From positions 1 to 64,000 of IMG/VR virus record IMGVR_UViG_3300036770_008702: 64,000 bases of DNA; one strand, 5' to 3'. The stretch is from a virus. The notes under the pieces were generated by a model. The model was not told the DNA's origin. It made no database searches and worked only from the letters and a program-made list of their open reading frames with translations. A program made the translations under genes and the position numbers. Positions 19,063-31,272 of the stretch are shown piece by piece. The first letter of the stretch is position 1; the number at the start of each line of letters is the position of its first letter.

Positions 19063-22000
19063 TCAGGCGGATTGCCTGCGCGAAATTGCGTGAAGCCTGC
19101 GGTAGGCTGCGTCCGTCAGGAGGGATGAATCGGCAGATGCGCATTGAGCTAGGACCTCCCCCAGATCGCTTGGAATACGTACAGTATCAGGATCGATAAT
19201 TATATTCAACAATTGAATAAAGCTGCGAGAGTAATTTTGAATTATCGCCTCTGAATTTCCCATATTCAATATATTAATTTCTATGCTCCATATATCGAAT
19301 GGAACCAAAATCGGGATAATACATTTTAGTGCGTCGCCTAGCGATTGCTCGGCAGCCATTGCCATTTGAACAAGATTTCGAGACGTCGTTTGATCCCGAC
19401 AAGCAACGCCTTGGGGCCAGCAGCTATAGAAGAATGGATAAAATACCCATGTCCATCTTTTCGACCGTTCTCTTGGATCCCCTTCTTCTTCAGACATCCA
19501 CATCCACAGTTGCCTAGATGCCGCGTGCAGCAGTTCTTTTGGTGCCTCTTCCAACGCAATCTTGACTTCTGCTGGGGCAATCTGCCACCCACCAGCGTCG
19601 TCCTGTTGCTTCCAGAGCCTCGGAAGAATGATGCTAGACACCAACCCCTCAGCAGACGGTATCGCGACCAGTGGGTCGCGGCACTGCGCGAGTAGAGGGT
19701 CCTTGAGCATGTTGAATAACATCGGATCTCGGGCAATATCCCCGGAAAGGCGCACTTGCCACAACGCGCGCGTCTCCGACCCCGTTTTAGTAAGTAGCGG
19801 GATCAAATGCTCCGAACTCCAATCATGATCAATATGGAACATCCACGGCAGAAATCGAAGAAAATGAGCTCGCGCAAGCAGACCCGGGCGACCTGGGGCG
19901 GCAATAGCTGTTTCAAAACGCTGCTTGAAGTCGGCGCTGAAACCCTGTCCCTTGGCGGGTCTTAGGTTGGCAGCAGCATCGAAAAGGGTCCCGGCGAGTT
20001 GACCTCCTGGCTCGTTCAGCGCAGCATTGCCGACATCATCGTCGGAAGTAACGACATTCAGGTCTTCCGGAGGTGCTCGATAGGCTAAGGAGGCCAGCCG
20101 ATCCCAGATCTGAATAAACGCGCTTGATGCATGGGCGGTTGCGTCTAATTTCTCACGCATTCTTTGGAGCCAGGACGTAGCTGCCGGCAAGAACGATAGA
20201 AGAACCTCTTCAGGAATGCGCATCAGATTCGCAGCGATCCGCTGCGAAAGAAAGTCAACATCCGCCCCTGTGGCTTCCCAGAAAAACTCCTTCCAACGCT
20301 CTGGGTCCCAATGATGCTCCGCGGCGGAAGCCTCGAGTCCATTCAACGCGCGTGCCGGGTCCGATGCGCATAGGGCGCGCCAGATGTCACTGCTTTCAAA
20401 TGGATGCTCCCTCTGGAGTCGCCCCGCGACAGAAACTAGTTCAGGTTCTGAGACCCCAGAAAGGACTGAAGGATCGCCTCGCAATCCCCAACTGCTAGTC
20501 ATCCAATAGCTGAAGTCGTCACGATCACCCGCCCCGGCGATCCAGTCCGGATGTCGTTGCTTTATTTTCTCGAGCGCCTCCCGGCCGTTTCCATCCAAAA
20601 TGCCACCAGCACCCTTGATGCGCGCAAGTCGCTTGAATGTGGCTCTGTCCCGTACTGCTTGCCATTCGTCTGGATCAGCGATCGCCTCCTCTCGATACAT
20701 CGCACTTGGAGGCCCATCAACGAGCCGCAGTACTAAGTTCACGTGCGCCGTGGTTGAAAATTGATTCCACCGCTCCGCCATCAAACGCATCGTTTCGCGG
20801 CGAAGGCTGAGTGACCAAAACTCGGTATCTTTGAGGTCAAGAAGTCCATCCGCTGCCTCATCGGCTGTATATGCGACGTGATTGACCAAGGCATGGAGGT
20901 GCAGGCGCTGGAACAGTGCGTACTTCGACGAGCTCCATTGTTGAGCATGAGATCGCGCGTCTGTCGGTGCTAGCGCAACAAGTCGCGTCCAAACCTCGGC
21001 AATCAGCCGCACCAAGGGAAGAAAGCCCCCGCGATGCCGGTTTTGATCGTGCTCGGCAATTGACGGTACATCACCTGACGATCTGTCATACGGTTCAACA
21101 AAGCCAGCGTCTCGAGCCTGATCGAGCGCTGCATCCAAACTCCGACATAGCGTTCGCAACAGACCCTCGACTAATTCTGCGTCCTCCGGCAGAACATCGA
21201 TGACTTCTTGCATTCTTGGTGGGTGTGAGACTTCGAAATCCACCTCGATCAGCGATCGCGCGGTGACTGTGTCCGCTTCGCGTTGCTCAGTGTACGGCCA
21301 TTTGACAGGGCGGCGAACATGCAGCATCGGCCGGAAGAGTTCGGCTACAGCGGATCGAAACCCGAACTCGTCTTCGACAGCAGTTGATTTATTCAGCAAA
21401 AGAATTGAGCGGTGTCGCCAGGAGGGTTGTTGGTTCCGCCGCGCCCAGATGATCCATCGCCATGCTGTCCTGTATTCCGCAGGTGGGAGGTGTTCCTTTC
21501 GACCCAGCGCCCACTCGACTGTCTCCCAAGTTTGCTCGCTTACGGGCTCTGATGCGCAGTTCCGGACCATCTCGGGATCGCCGAGGCGACTTACAATCCA
21601 ACTACTTGCTGTGATTCTCCCATCAGCAAAAACGCCGCGTTCTCGGAGTTTGGGCAGCCATTGTGCGGACGGTGAAATTACACCGAGGAGCCGGTCGGCG
21701 TCTCCGTGCCTCAGGAGAGCTACGATTTCCCCGAGATCGAACTCGCTGACCGATGCCGGATCGGAGGATAGGAAGGCGGTCAGGCGCTCCTTTCGCCAGG
21801 AGGTCGGATCCTCGGCGTAGCGGGCCCACTCGCGGATCGTCCGATACAACGGAAGATGACTGCCCTGCGCATCCTTTTGGTACAGGACCGGTTCAATACC
21901 CTTGGCACGCCAAAGCGCTTCTTCATGAAGACCCTTGGCCGCATCTCCCGCTGCGAAGGCGTATACGGGTTTCAAGTCGGGAAAGCGCTCACGATCGGCC

Positions 22001-22734
22001 TCAAGGGCCTCAAGCAGATATCGCATCGGCGGGTCGTCAGCCGAGTACCCGACAAGAACTAGGGTATGAGTTCTGAAGACATCATAGAGGTAACGCGACG
22101 CCCATCCGCTGCGAAGATAAGCGTCACCGAACTCGGCGCTCGTCAATACAAGGTCAGTGTCGTCTAGATCGAGTGTTGTGTCCGCAAGGCGACCATGCAG
22201 ATGCAGAACGCCATTGAACCGTCCATCCTTAGGCTGAGGCATTGCTTGACATGCATGAGAAGCGATTGAAGTCGTCTTGGCGAATTTCCATGCGCGTTCA
22301 AACAGCGTGTCGAAATTGGTGGTGAGTATCCGATTACGGTGTTCGGCGTCCCTTGATAGCTCAAGAAGCATGAGGTGGTCAGTCAGATCCGCATCATTTT
22401 TGGGCGCCAAACTGTTTCGTACTGCGTCTCGAATACGCCCGCGCCAGGACTGAGAGCTTCGGCTACCTTGGCCAACGAGACGACGTTCCAGCGCGCGCAG
22501 TAGTCTGTCGTATTGCCCGCTAAGGCTACCTCCATCGCGCATAATCTCGTTCTCAGCCGGGTGTACCTCCCAGCGCTCCCCGAGGTGCTGGTAGATCCGT
22601 TCAACTAGACCACGGAAAAGCGGCAGCCCGGCATTAAGTGAAACGCCTGCGCCACACACGAACAGCACTTCTCCCCGTTCCTGAGCTCGAACCAGTTCGT
22701 CCGGGAGGTTGGGGCCATCATCAACTAGGCGCAT
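19063..22734 (-). CDS. Dsr1-like defence-associated sirtuin (SIR2 NADase)
   Basis: GPNLPDELVRAQERGEVLFVCGAGVS, TTNFD, HLHG, VGYSADDPP; ~1220 aa. Confidence 0.85.
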   Translation of the reverse strand: MRLVDDGPNLPDELVRAQERGEVLFVCGAGVSLNAGLPLFRGLVERIYQHLGERWEVHPAENEIMRDGGSLSGQYDRLLRALERRLVGQGSRSSQSWRGRIRDAVRNSLAPKNDADLTDHLMLLELSRDAEHRNRILTTNFDTLFERAWKFAKTTSIASHACQAMPQPKDGRFNGVLHLHGRLADTTLDLDDTDLVLTSAEFGDAYLRSGWASRYLYDVFRTHTLVLVGYSADDPPMRYLLEALEADRERFPDLKPVYAFAAGDAAKGLHEEALWRAKGIEPVLYQKDAQGSHLPLYRTIREWARYAEDPTSWRKERLTAFLSSDPASVSEFDLGEIVALLRHGDADRLLGVISPSAQWLPKLRERGVFADGRITASSWIVSRLGDPEMVRNCASEPVSEQTWETVEWALGRKEHLPPAEYRTAWRWIIWARRNQQPSWRHRSILLLNKSTAVEDEFGFRSAVAELFRPMLHVRRPVKWPYTEQREADTVTARSLIEVDFEVSHPPRMQEVIDVLPEDAELVEGLLRTLCRSLDAALDQARDAGFVEPYDRSSGDVPSIAEHDQNRHRGGFLPLVRLIAEVWTRLVALAPTDARSHAQQWSSSKYALFQRLHLHALVNHVAYTADEAADGLLDLKDTEFWSLSLRRETMRLMAERWNQFSTTAHVNLVLRLVDGPPSAMYREEAIADPDEWQAVRDRATFKRLARIKGAGGILDGNGREALEKIKQRHPDWIAGAGDRDDFSYWMTSSWGLRGDPSVLSGVSEPELVSVAGRLQREHPFESSDIWRALCASDPARALNGLEASAAEHHWDPERWKEFFWEATGADVDFLSQRIAANLMRIPEEVLLSFLPAATSWLQRMREKLDATAHASSAFIQIWDRLASLAYRAPPEDLNVVTSDDDVGNAALNEPGGQLAGTLFDAAANLRPAKGQGFSADFKQRFETAIAAPGRPGLLARAHFLRFLPWMFHIDHDWSSEHLIPLLTKTGSETRALWQVRLSGDIARDPMLFNMLKDPLLAQCRDPLVAIPSAEGLVSSIILPRLWKQQDDAGGWQIAPAEVKIALEEAPKELLHAASRQLWMWMSEEEGDPRERSKRWTWVFYPFFYSCWPQGVACRDQTTSRNLVQMAMAAEQSLGDALKCIIPILVPFDIWSIEINILNMGNSEAIIQNYSRSFIQLLNIIIDPDTVRIPSDLGEVLAQCASADSSLLTDAAYRRLHAISRRQSA

Positions 22735-23006
22735 TGCCTTACCTTGCATCAGTGGCCGGGCGGGGATCATTGTCGCCAGCGACTGTGGATTACGACACTG
22801 GCATGGTGAAGTCGACATTGCTGATGACTTTCTAACATGCAGTGCCGCGCGGAACGCGTCCGAACCGCCAAGCCGCCTCGCAACCTCATGCACATGGATG
22901 AGCGCAGCCTTGTGCCAACACGTCGGTTCGGCAACCATGCTCGCGTCCAGAGATGGCCCGCAGAAGCTGAGCCTCTCCCCAGATTGCTACAAGGAATCCG
23001 CCTTTT

Positions 23007-24809
<1,803 letters not shown>

Positions 24810-24891
24810 GTATACCCATCCGTCACAGGTGCCACGCTCAATTCGCTTTGCTTCGCGCGAGGAGAACTATCGTCCTCGAAGGGGCGCGGTG

Positions 24892-26061
24892 ATGTCTGTC
24901 TACCCGATCAGACCTCTTGGCGAGATCGTCGAGAACCTCGACGCGCAACGCCGGCCGGTCAAGAGTTCAGAGCGAAGGCCAGGCCCATATCCCTATTTCG
25001 GCGCGCAAGGCATTGTGGACCATGTAGATGGTTTCCTTTTCGATGGGGAGTTCGTCCTGGTTGCCGAAGACGGTGAAAATCTGCGATCGCGCAACCAGCC
25101 CATCGCGTTGATGGCGCGTGGCCGCTTCTGGGTGAACAACCACGCTCATATCCTGCGCGGCACTTGGTCTGCGAATACCCGCTTTTTGTTCTATGCCCTC
25201 AACCACGCTGACATTTCAGGCTATGTAACAGGCTCGACCATACCGAAGCTTTCCCAGGGCAACCTGAACCGCATACTGGTTCCCTGTCCGTCAATCGACG
25301 AGCAGCGCGCAATCGTCGCTATCCTCGGCGCACTCGACGACAAGATCGACCTGAACCGCCGGATGAACCAGACGCTGGAGGCGATGGCCCGCGCCATCTT
25401 CCAGGACTGGTTCGTCACCTTCGGCCCCACCCGCGCCAAGCAGGAAGGCCGCCCCCCCTACCTCGCCCCCGACCTCTGGTCCCTCTTCCCCAACCGCCTC
25501 GACGACGACGGCAAGCCGGCGGGGTGGCAGGTCCGAAAGGTGGTGGATGTTCTCGATCTCGCCTATGGCAAGGCGTTACCATCCCCGGATCGCACACCCG
25601 GCCCTATTCCTGTCTACGGATCAGGCGGCATTACAGGACACCACGATACGGCATTGGTTGATGGACCTGGTGTGATCGTTGGCCGCAAAGGCACAGTTGG
25701 CAGTTTGTATTGGGAAGACCATCCATTTTATCCGATTGATACGGTGTTCTATGTTGTCCCCCGAACCTCGATGGCATTCTGTTTCTACTTACTGCGAACA
25801 CTCGGGCTCGAAGGCATGAACACCGATGCGGCCGTCCCTGGCCTCAACAGGAACAACGTGTATCGGCTGCCGGTTCCGTGGGCGCCGGAGGAGGTGCGGC
25901 AGGTATTTGACTCGGTCGTGATGCCGCTCCGCGCAAAGATTTCAGCGAATGACGCAGAGGCCCGCACCCTCGCCGCCACCCGCGACCTCCTGTTGCCAAA
26001 ACTCATGTCCGGCGAACTCCGCGTGAAGGAGGCCGAGCGTCTGGCGGAGGCGGCCCTGTGA
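24892..26061 (+). CDS. hsdS: Type I R-M specificity subunit
   Basis: Two TRDs joined by EQRAIVAILGALDDKIDLN; ends RDLLLPKLMSGE. Confidence 0.93.
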   Translation: MSVYPIRPLGEIVENLDAQRRPVKSSERRPGPYPYFGAQGIVDHVDGFLFDGEFVLVAEDGENLRSRNQPIALMARGRFWVNNHAHILRGTWSANTRFLFYALNHADISGYVTGSTIPKLSQGNLNRILVPCPSIDEQRAIVAILGALDDKIDLNRRMNQTLEAMARAIFQDWFVTFGPTRAKQEGRPPYLAPDLWSLFPNRLDDDGKPAGWQVRKVVDVLDLAYGKALPSPDRTPGPIPVYGSGGITGHHDTALVDGPGVIVGRKGTVGSLYWEDHPFYPIDTVFYVVPRTSMAFCFYLLRTLGLEGMNTDAAVPGLNRNNVYRLPVPWAPEEVRQVFDSVVMPLRAKISANDAEARTLAATRDLLLPKLMSGELRVKEAERLAEAAL

Positions 26062-27086
26062 GCTACTCACCGAAGGGCGAACTCATTCTTTACCGCACCG
26101 AGGACGGCCGAACCACGATCCAGCTTCGCGCGGTCGATGGCACCGCCTGGTTGACACAGGCGGACATCGCCGCCCTGTTCGACACCACCAAGCAGAATGT
26201 CAGCCTGCACCTTAAAAACATCTTTTCCGACAAAGAGTTGGACCCTACCGCAGTTGTCAAGGAATCCTTGACAACTGCCGCCGACGGCAAGGCCTACCCG
26301 ACCCAGCACTACAACCTCGACGCCATCCTCGCGGTTGGCTACCGCGTGCGCTCGCCCCGCGGCAGCCAGTTTCGCCGCTGGGCGACCACCGTGCTGCGCG
26401 AATACCTGGTGAAGGGCTTCTCCCTCAACGACGAGCGACTCAAGGACCCCGCCGCCACGGACTACTTCGACGAGCTGCTGGCGCGCATCCGCGATATCCG
26501 CGCCTCGGAGAAGCGTTTCTACCAGAAGGTCCGCGACCTCTTCAAAGCCACCAGCGTGGACTACGACGGCACCGACGACGCCGCCAAAACGTTCTTCGCC
26601 ACCATCCAGAACAAGCTCGTCTTCGCCGTCACCGGCCGGACCGCGGCGGAGCTGATCGTGGAGCGGGCCGATCCGACCAAACCCAACATGGCGCTCACCA
26701 GTTGGAAAGGGCCGACGGTCCGCAAAGGCGATGTCACCATCTCGAAGAACTATCTCAACGCCGAGGAGATCGAATCCCTCAACCGCCTGACCACGATGTT
26801 TCTGGACTTCGCCGACGAGCGCGCCCGCCGTCGGCGTGAAACCCGCATGGCCGACTGGCTGGCCCAGACCGATCGCTTCCTCGCATTCAACGAACGTGAC
26901 GTCCTGCGCAACGCCGGCAGCATCTCGCATGATCGGATGGAAGCAATTGCCCATGGCCGCTTCGAAACCTTCGACGCCAACCGCCGCGCCTCCGAACTGG
27001 CCGCCGCGGAAGAGGAAGCCGCGGCCGAGATGAACCAACTGGAGCAGGAGGCGCAGCGACTTCGGCGCCCGCGCAAGCCAAAGTGA
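26058..27086 (+). CDS. RhuM family protein
   Basis: [23 protein letters not shown]; [15 protein letters not shown]. Confidence 0.92.
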   Translation: MSYSPKGELILYRTEDGRTTIQLRAVDGTAWLTQADIAALFDTTKQNVSLHLKNIFSDKELDPTAVVKESLTTAADGKAYPTQHYNLDAILAVGYRVRSPRGSQFRRWATTVLREYLVKGFSLNDERLKDPAATDYFDELLARIRDIRASEKRFYQKVRDLFKATSVDYDGTDDAAKTFFATIQNKLVFAVTGRTAAELIVERADPTKPNMALTSWKGPTVRKGDVTISKNYLNAEEIESLNRLTTMFLDFADERARRRRETRMADWLAQTDRFLAFNERDVLRNAGSISHDRMEAIAHGRFETFDANRRASELAAAEEEAAAEMNQLEQEAQRLRRPRKPK

Positions 27087-30000
27087 CCGGTATCGCGGAA
27101 AGTCATGTGGAGGAAGCGGCGCTGCATTGGCTCGCCGAGCTTGGCTACGCCGTCGCCGCTGGCCCCGACATCGGCCCGGACGGCGCGCGGCCCGAGCGAG
27201 CTACCCATGGCGACACTCTCCTCCTCGGTCGCCTGCGCGCCGCCATCGCCCGGCTGAACCCCGGACTTGCGCCGGAGGTCCGGGCGGCCGTGCTGGCGAA
27301 GGTCACCCAAACGGAAACCCCGTCGCTGATCGAAGAGAACCGCCGCCTCCATCGCTATCTGGTGGAAGGCGTGCCGGTGGAGGTGCGCCGGCCGGACGGC
27401 AGCATCGGGGGCGAACTCGCCCGCCTGATCGACCTCACCGACGTCGCGGCCAACGACTGGCTGGCGGTGAACCAGTTCACGGTCATCGAGAACAAGGCCA
27501 ACCGTCGGCCCGATGTGGTGGTACTGGTCAACGGTTTGCCGCTCGGCGTGATCGAGTTGAAGAACCCCGGCGAACAGAACGCCACCCTCGACGGTGCCTT
27601 CAACCAGTTGCAGACCTACAAGGCCCAGATCACCTCCCTTTTCCGCGCCAACGTCGCCCTGGTGATCTCCGACGGCATCGCCGCCCGCATCGGCTCGCTC
27701 ACCGCGGACCGAGAACGCTTCATGCCCTGGCGCACCATCACCGGCGACGACCTGGCGCCCAAGAGCGCGCCGGAACTGGAGACCCTGCTGAAGGGCGTCT
27801 TCGACCGGCAACGCCTGCTGGACCTGATCCGCGACTTCCTCGTCTTCGGCGGCTCCGGCAGTGACACGGTGAAGATCCTGGCCGGCTACCACCAGTTCCA
27901 CGCCGTGCGCCACGCCGTCGCCCGCACCCTCGCCGCCACCGCCCCGGGGGGAGACCGCAAGGTGGGGGTCATCTGGCACACCCAGGGCTCCGGCAAGAGC
28001 CTGCTGATGGCGTTCTACGCCGGCCAGGTCATCAAGCACCCAGAGATGCAAAACCCCACGGTCGTGGTGCTGACCGACCGCAACGACCTCGACGAGCAGC
28101 TCTTCGGCACCTTCTGCCTGTGCCAGGACCTGCTGCGCCAGTCCCCGCAGCAGGCTGAGGACCGCGACCACCTGCGCAAGCTGCTCGATCGCCCCTCCGG
28201 TGGCGTGATCTTCACCACCCTGCAGAAATTCTCGCCCGAGAGCGGCTCCACCGACTACCCGGTGCTGACCGACCGCCGCAACGTGGTGGTGATCGCCGAT
28301 GAGGCGCACCGCAGCCAATACGGCTTCCGCGCGAAGGTCGCCGCCAGGACGGGCGAGATTTCCTACGGCTTCGCCAAGTACCTCCGCGACGGGCTGCCCA
28401 ACGCCTCCTTCATAGGCTTCACCGGCACGCCGATCGAGAAGGACGACGTGAACACGCCGGCGGTGTTCGGCAACTACATCGACATCTACGACATCGCCCG
28501 CGCCGTGGAGGACGGGGCGACGGTTCCCATATACTACGAGAGCCGCCTGGCGAGGATCGAACTGGACGAGGACGAGAAGCCGAAGCTCGATGCCGAGATC
28601 GAGGACCTGACCGAGGACGAAGCCGAGACCGAGCAAGAACGCCTGAAGCGCAAATGGGCCAGCGTCGAGGCCCTGGTCGGCGCCGAGAAGCGCCTCGCCC
28701 TGGTGGCCGAGGACTTGGTACGCCATTTCGAGGCCCGCATCGCGGCGCTGGACGGCAAGGCGATGGTGGTGTGCATGAGCCGCCGCATCTGCGTCGCCCT
28801 CTACGACGAAATCATCCGGCTCCGGCCCGCATGGCACAGCGACGATGACGATGCGGGCATGGTGAAGGTCGTGATGACCGGAGCGGCTTCCGACCCGCCC
28901 TCCTGGCAACCGCATATTGGCAAGCGGCCGAAAGCCCGCCGTGAGGCATTGGCCAAGCGAGCCAAGAAGGCCTCCGATCCGCTTAAGCTCGTCATCGTCC
29001 GCGACATGTGGCTGACGGGTTTCGACGCCCCGAGCATGCATACGATGTATGTGGACAAGCCGATGAAGGGCCACGGCCTGATGCAGGCCATCGCCCGCGT
29101 GAACCGGGTGTTCAAGGACAAGCCGGCCGGCCTGGTGGTGGACTACATCGGCGTTGCGCAGAACCTGAAGAGCGCCCTGGGGCAGTATTCCGGCGGCGAC
29201 CGCGACCAGACGGGCATCGATGAGGCCGAAGCGATCCGTGTCCTGGAGGAGCACTACGAGATCGTCCACGCCATGTTCCGCCCCGACATGGCCGGCGGCT
29301 TTGATTACCGGCCCGCCTTGGAGCCTGGGGCGAGCGCACCCGTCCGCCTGGGCATCATGGCCGGCGCCATCGACTGGGTGCTGACCATGCAGCAGAATGA
29401 CGCTGCCAAGGAGATCACCGAGGAGGGCAAGAAACGTGCCCATCGTCGGTATGCCGACGCGGTGGCGGCCCTCTCCAAGGCATTCGCGCTCGCCTCCGCC
29501 AGTGACGAAGCGCGGGCCATCCGCGAGGAGGTGGGGTTCTTCCAGGCGATCCGGGTCGCCCTGGCCAAGAGCGCGCCTGGCGACGGCAAGAAGAGCACCG
29601 CGGAACGCGAGTTCGCCATCCAGCAGCTTGTCAGCCGCGCCGTGGTGTCCACCGAGATCGTCGACATCATGAAGGCCGCGGGCCTGGACAGCCCGGACAT
29701 CTCCATTCTCTCCGACGAATTCCTGGCTGAAGTGCGCGAGATGGAGAAGCGGAACCTCGCGATCGAGGCACTGAAAAAGCTGATTGCCGGCACCGTGCGT
29801 GCCCAGGCCCAGCGCAACGTGACCCAGGCCAAGGGCTTCACCGAACGCCTGGAAGCCGCGATCGCCCGCTACCACACCAACGCCATCACCACGGCCCAGG
29901 TGCTCGAAGAGCTCATCCAGATCGCCAAGGACATCCGCGCCGCCCGTGCCCGCGGTGAAGAAACCGGACTGTCGGACGAGGAGGTCGCCTTCTACGACGC

Positions 30001-30253
30001 CTTGGCCGAGAACGAGAGCGCCCGCCAGATGATGGGCGAGCCCGCTCTTCGCCTGATCGCCCATGAGCTTGTCACGATCATCAGGGGCAATATGACCGTC
30101 GACTGGATGCACCGCGACTCAGCGCGCGCCAACATCCGGCGCCTCGTGAAGCGCCTGCTGCGCAAGTACGGCTATCCTCCCGACCTCCAAGACGCTGCGG
30201 TGCAGAATGTCCTGCAACAGGCCGAGGCGCTGTCGGCAGAGTGGGCGGCATGA
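27083..30253 (+). CDS. hsdR: Type I R-M restriction subunit
   Basis: RPD..ELK nuclease, [28 protein letters not shown]. Confidence 0.96.
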   Translation: MTGIAESHVEEAALHWLAELGYAVAAGPDIGPDGARPERATHGDTLLLGRLRAAIARLNPGLAPEVRAAVLAKVTQTETPSLIEENRRLHRYLVEGVPVEVRRPDGSIGGELARLIDLTDVAANDWLAVNQFTVIENKANRRPDVVVLVNGLPLGVIELKNPGEQNATLDGAFNQLQTYKAQITSLFRANVALVISDGIAARIGSLTADRERFMPWRTITGDDLAPKSAPELETLLKGVFDRQRLLDLIRDFLVFGGSGSDTVKILAGYHQFHAVRHAVARTLAATAPGGDRKVGVIWHTQGSGKSLLMAFYAGQVIKHPEMQNPTVVVLTDRNDLDEQLFGTFCLCQDLLRQSPQQAEDRDHLRKLLDRPSGGVIFTTLQKFSPESGSTDYPVLTDRRNVVVIADEAHRSQYGFRAKVAARTGEISYGFAKYLRDGLPNASFIGFTGTPIEKDDVNTPAVFGNYIDIYDIARAVEDGATVPIYYESRLARIELDEDEKPKLDAEIEDLTEDEAETEQERLKRKWASVEALVGAEKRLALVAEDLVRHFEARIAALDGKAMVVCMSRRICVALYDEIIRLRPAWHSDDDDAGMVKVVMTGAASDPPSWQPHIGKRPKARREALAKRAKKASDPLKLVIVRDMWLTGFDAPSMHTMYVDKPMKGHGLMQAIARVNRVFKDKPAGLVVDYIGVAQNLKSALGQYSGGDRDQTGIDEAEAIRVLEEHYEIVHAMFRPDMAGGFDYRPALEPGASAPVRLGIMAGAIDWVLTMQQNDAAKEITEEGKKRAHRRYADAVAALSKAFALASASDEARAIREEVGFFQAIRVALAKSAPGDGKKSTAEREFAIQQLVSRAVVSTEIVDIMKAAGLDSPDISILSDEFLAEVREMEKRNLAIEALKKLIAGTVRAQAQRNVTQAKGFTERLEAAIARYHTNAITTAQVLEELIQIAKDIRAARARGEETGLSDEEVAFYDALAENESARQMMGEPALRLIAHELVTIIRGNMTVDWMHRDSARANIRRLVKRLLRKYGYPPDLQDAAVQNVLQQAEALSAEWAA

Positions 30254-30286
30254 TGTCGGCGTTCCGCGCGCACTGGAAAGAGTGGG

Positions 30287-30583
30287 CTTTTCGCTCCCAG
30301 TCACCAATGCCCACCCGATCGAGTTTCGAACTTACGGTTTGGAGTCGCATCATTAAAGCGCGCGACTTCAATAGGATACAACTCGGGCCCAAAACCCCCA
30401 CAGCCCCAAGTCGCGGAGAAAATTGGCCCTTCGGAGAGAGATTCGGGCGTTCGTTCCGCTCGCGGAGCCCCGAGTCCACCCGGCAACCCCACGGAAAACT
30501 TGGGGTTTTCCGGGCCGTCTCACCAGCGGAGAGCGGTTCACCCCTAGGGTGGTGGCGTAGGATAGGGAACTGGGAGCGAAAAG
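30287..30583. repeat. 15-bp perfect inverted repeat pair; candidate element end/att region
   Basis: CTTTTCGCTCCCAGT (30287-30301) and ACTGGGAGCGAAAAG (30569-30583). Confidence 0.6.
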
Positions 30584-30946
30584 TCTCTGTGCGCCGGCGG
30601 TCGCCGCCCAACGACGGTGAGCGGCTTCCTGGCGGGTATATTCAGCGAGCCTGCGTCGTAGCCTTTGCCAAGGCATTCTGAACACCGCTATCGTCTCGAT
30701 CGTAGGTTTTGCTCCATCAGCGCCCGCAAACCCTGGGGCCAATCGCTGCTGAATTGTTGTTGCTGTTAAGCGGCGAATCTCTTGTGTTGGGCGCATTGAA
30801 GTGGCGTGCCTGCGAGAACAATATCGTTTGCCAGCTCCGAACGTTTGCCGCTCAGCCGACCCGAAGGTGAAGGCCCGACAGTCAGCTCCGCCGGAATCTT
30901 GTCTGGGGCCCGGGGAGCGGCAGGTCACAAGAAGGGACGGAAGATG

Positions 30947-31153
30947 ATGGCTACGGGTACGGTGAAGTGGTTCAACACGACCAAAGGGTATGGCTTTATC
31001 GGCCTCGACACGGGGGGCAAGGACGTATTCGTGCACGTCAGCGCAGTTCAGAAAGCTGGGCTGCGCACCCTGAACGAGGGTCAGAGGGTCAGCTTTGACG
31101 TCGAGCAACAGCCTAACGGCCGATTAGCGGCCGTGAATCTGGGCGCCGAATGA
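30947..31153 (+). CDS. Cold-shock protein (CspA family)
   Basis: GTVKWFN..KGYGFI, DVFVHVS. Confidence 0.96.
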   Translation: MATGTVKWFNTTKGYGFIGLDTGGKDVFVHVSAVQKAGLRTLNEGQRVSFDVEQQPNGRLAAVNLGAE

Positions 31154-31272
31154 CCAGCATGGTTGACGCAGGCGTGCAGCAAGGCCGGGAGGATGTGTGC
31201 CTTGCGACGGCGCCACAGTACAATAACACAAGGAGACTCGCGCTATACTATTTATCAATATAATTCAGATTG

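Noticed and set aside
22735-22938. Extended N-terminus of the SIR2 ORF (also for ORFs listed to 48980, 40436, 40113, 10745)
   Set aside because: Recognisable family starts and RBS or coupling lie at downstream Met codons.
26750-30112. 1120-aa minus-strand ORF
   Set aside because: Antisense shadow of hsdR in high-GC DNA; no motifs.
30545-30590. tRNA gene
   Set aside because: Only a loose 3'-end resemblance; no T-loop or cloverleaf.
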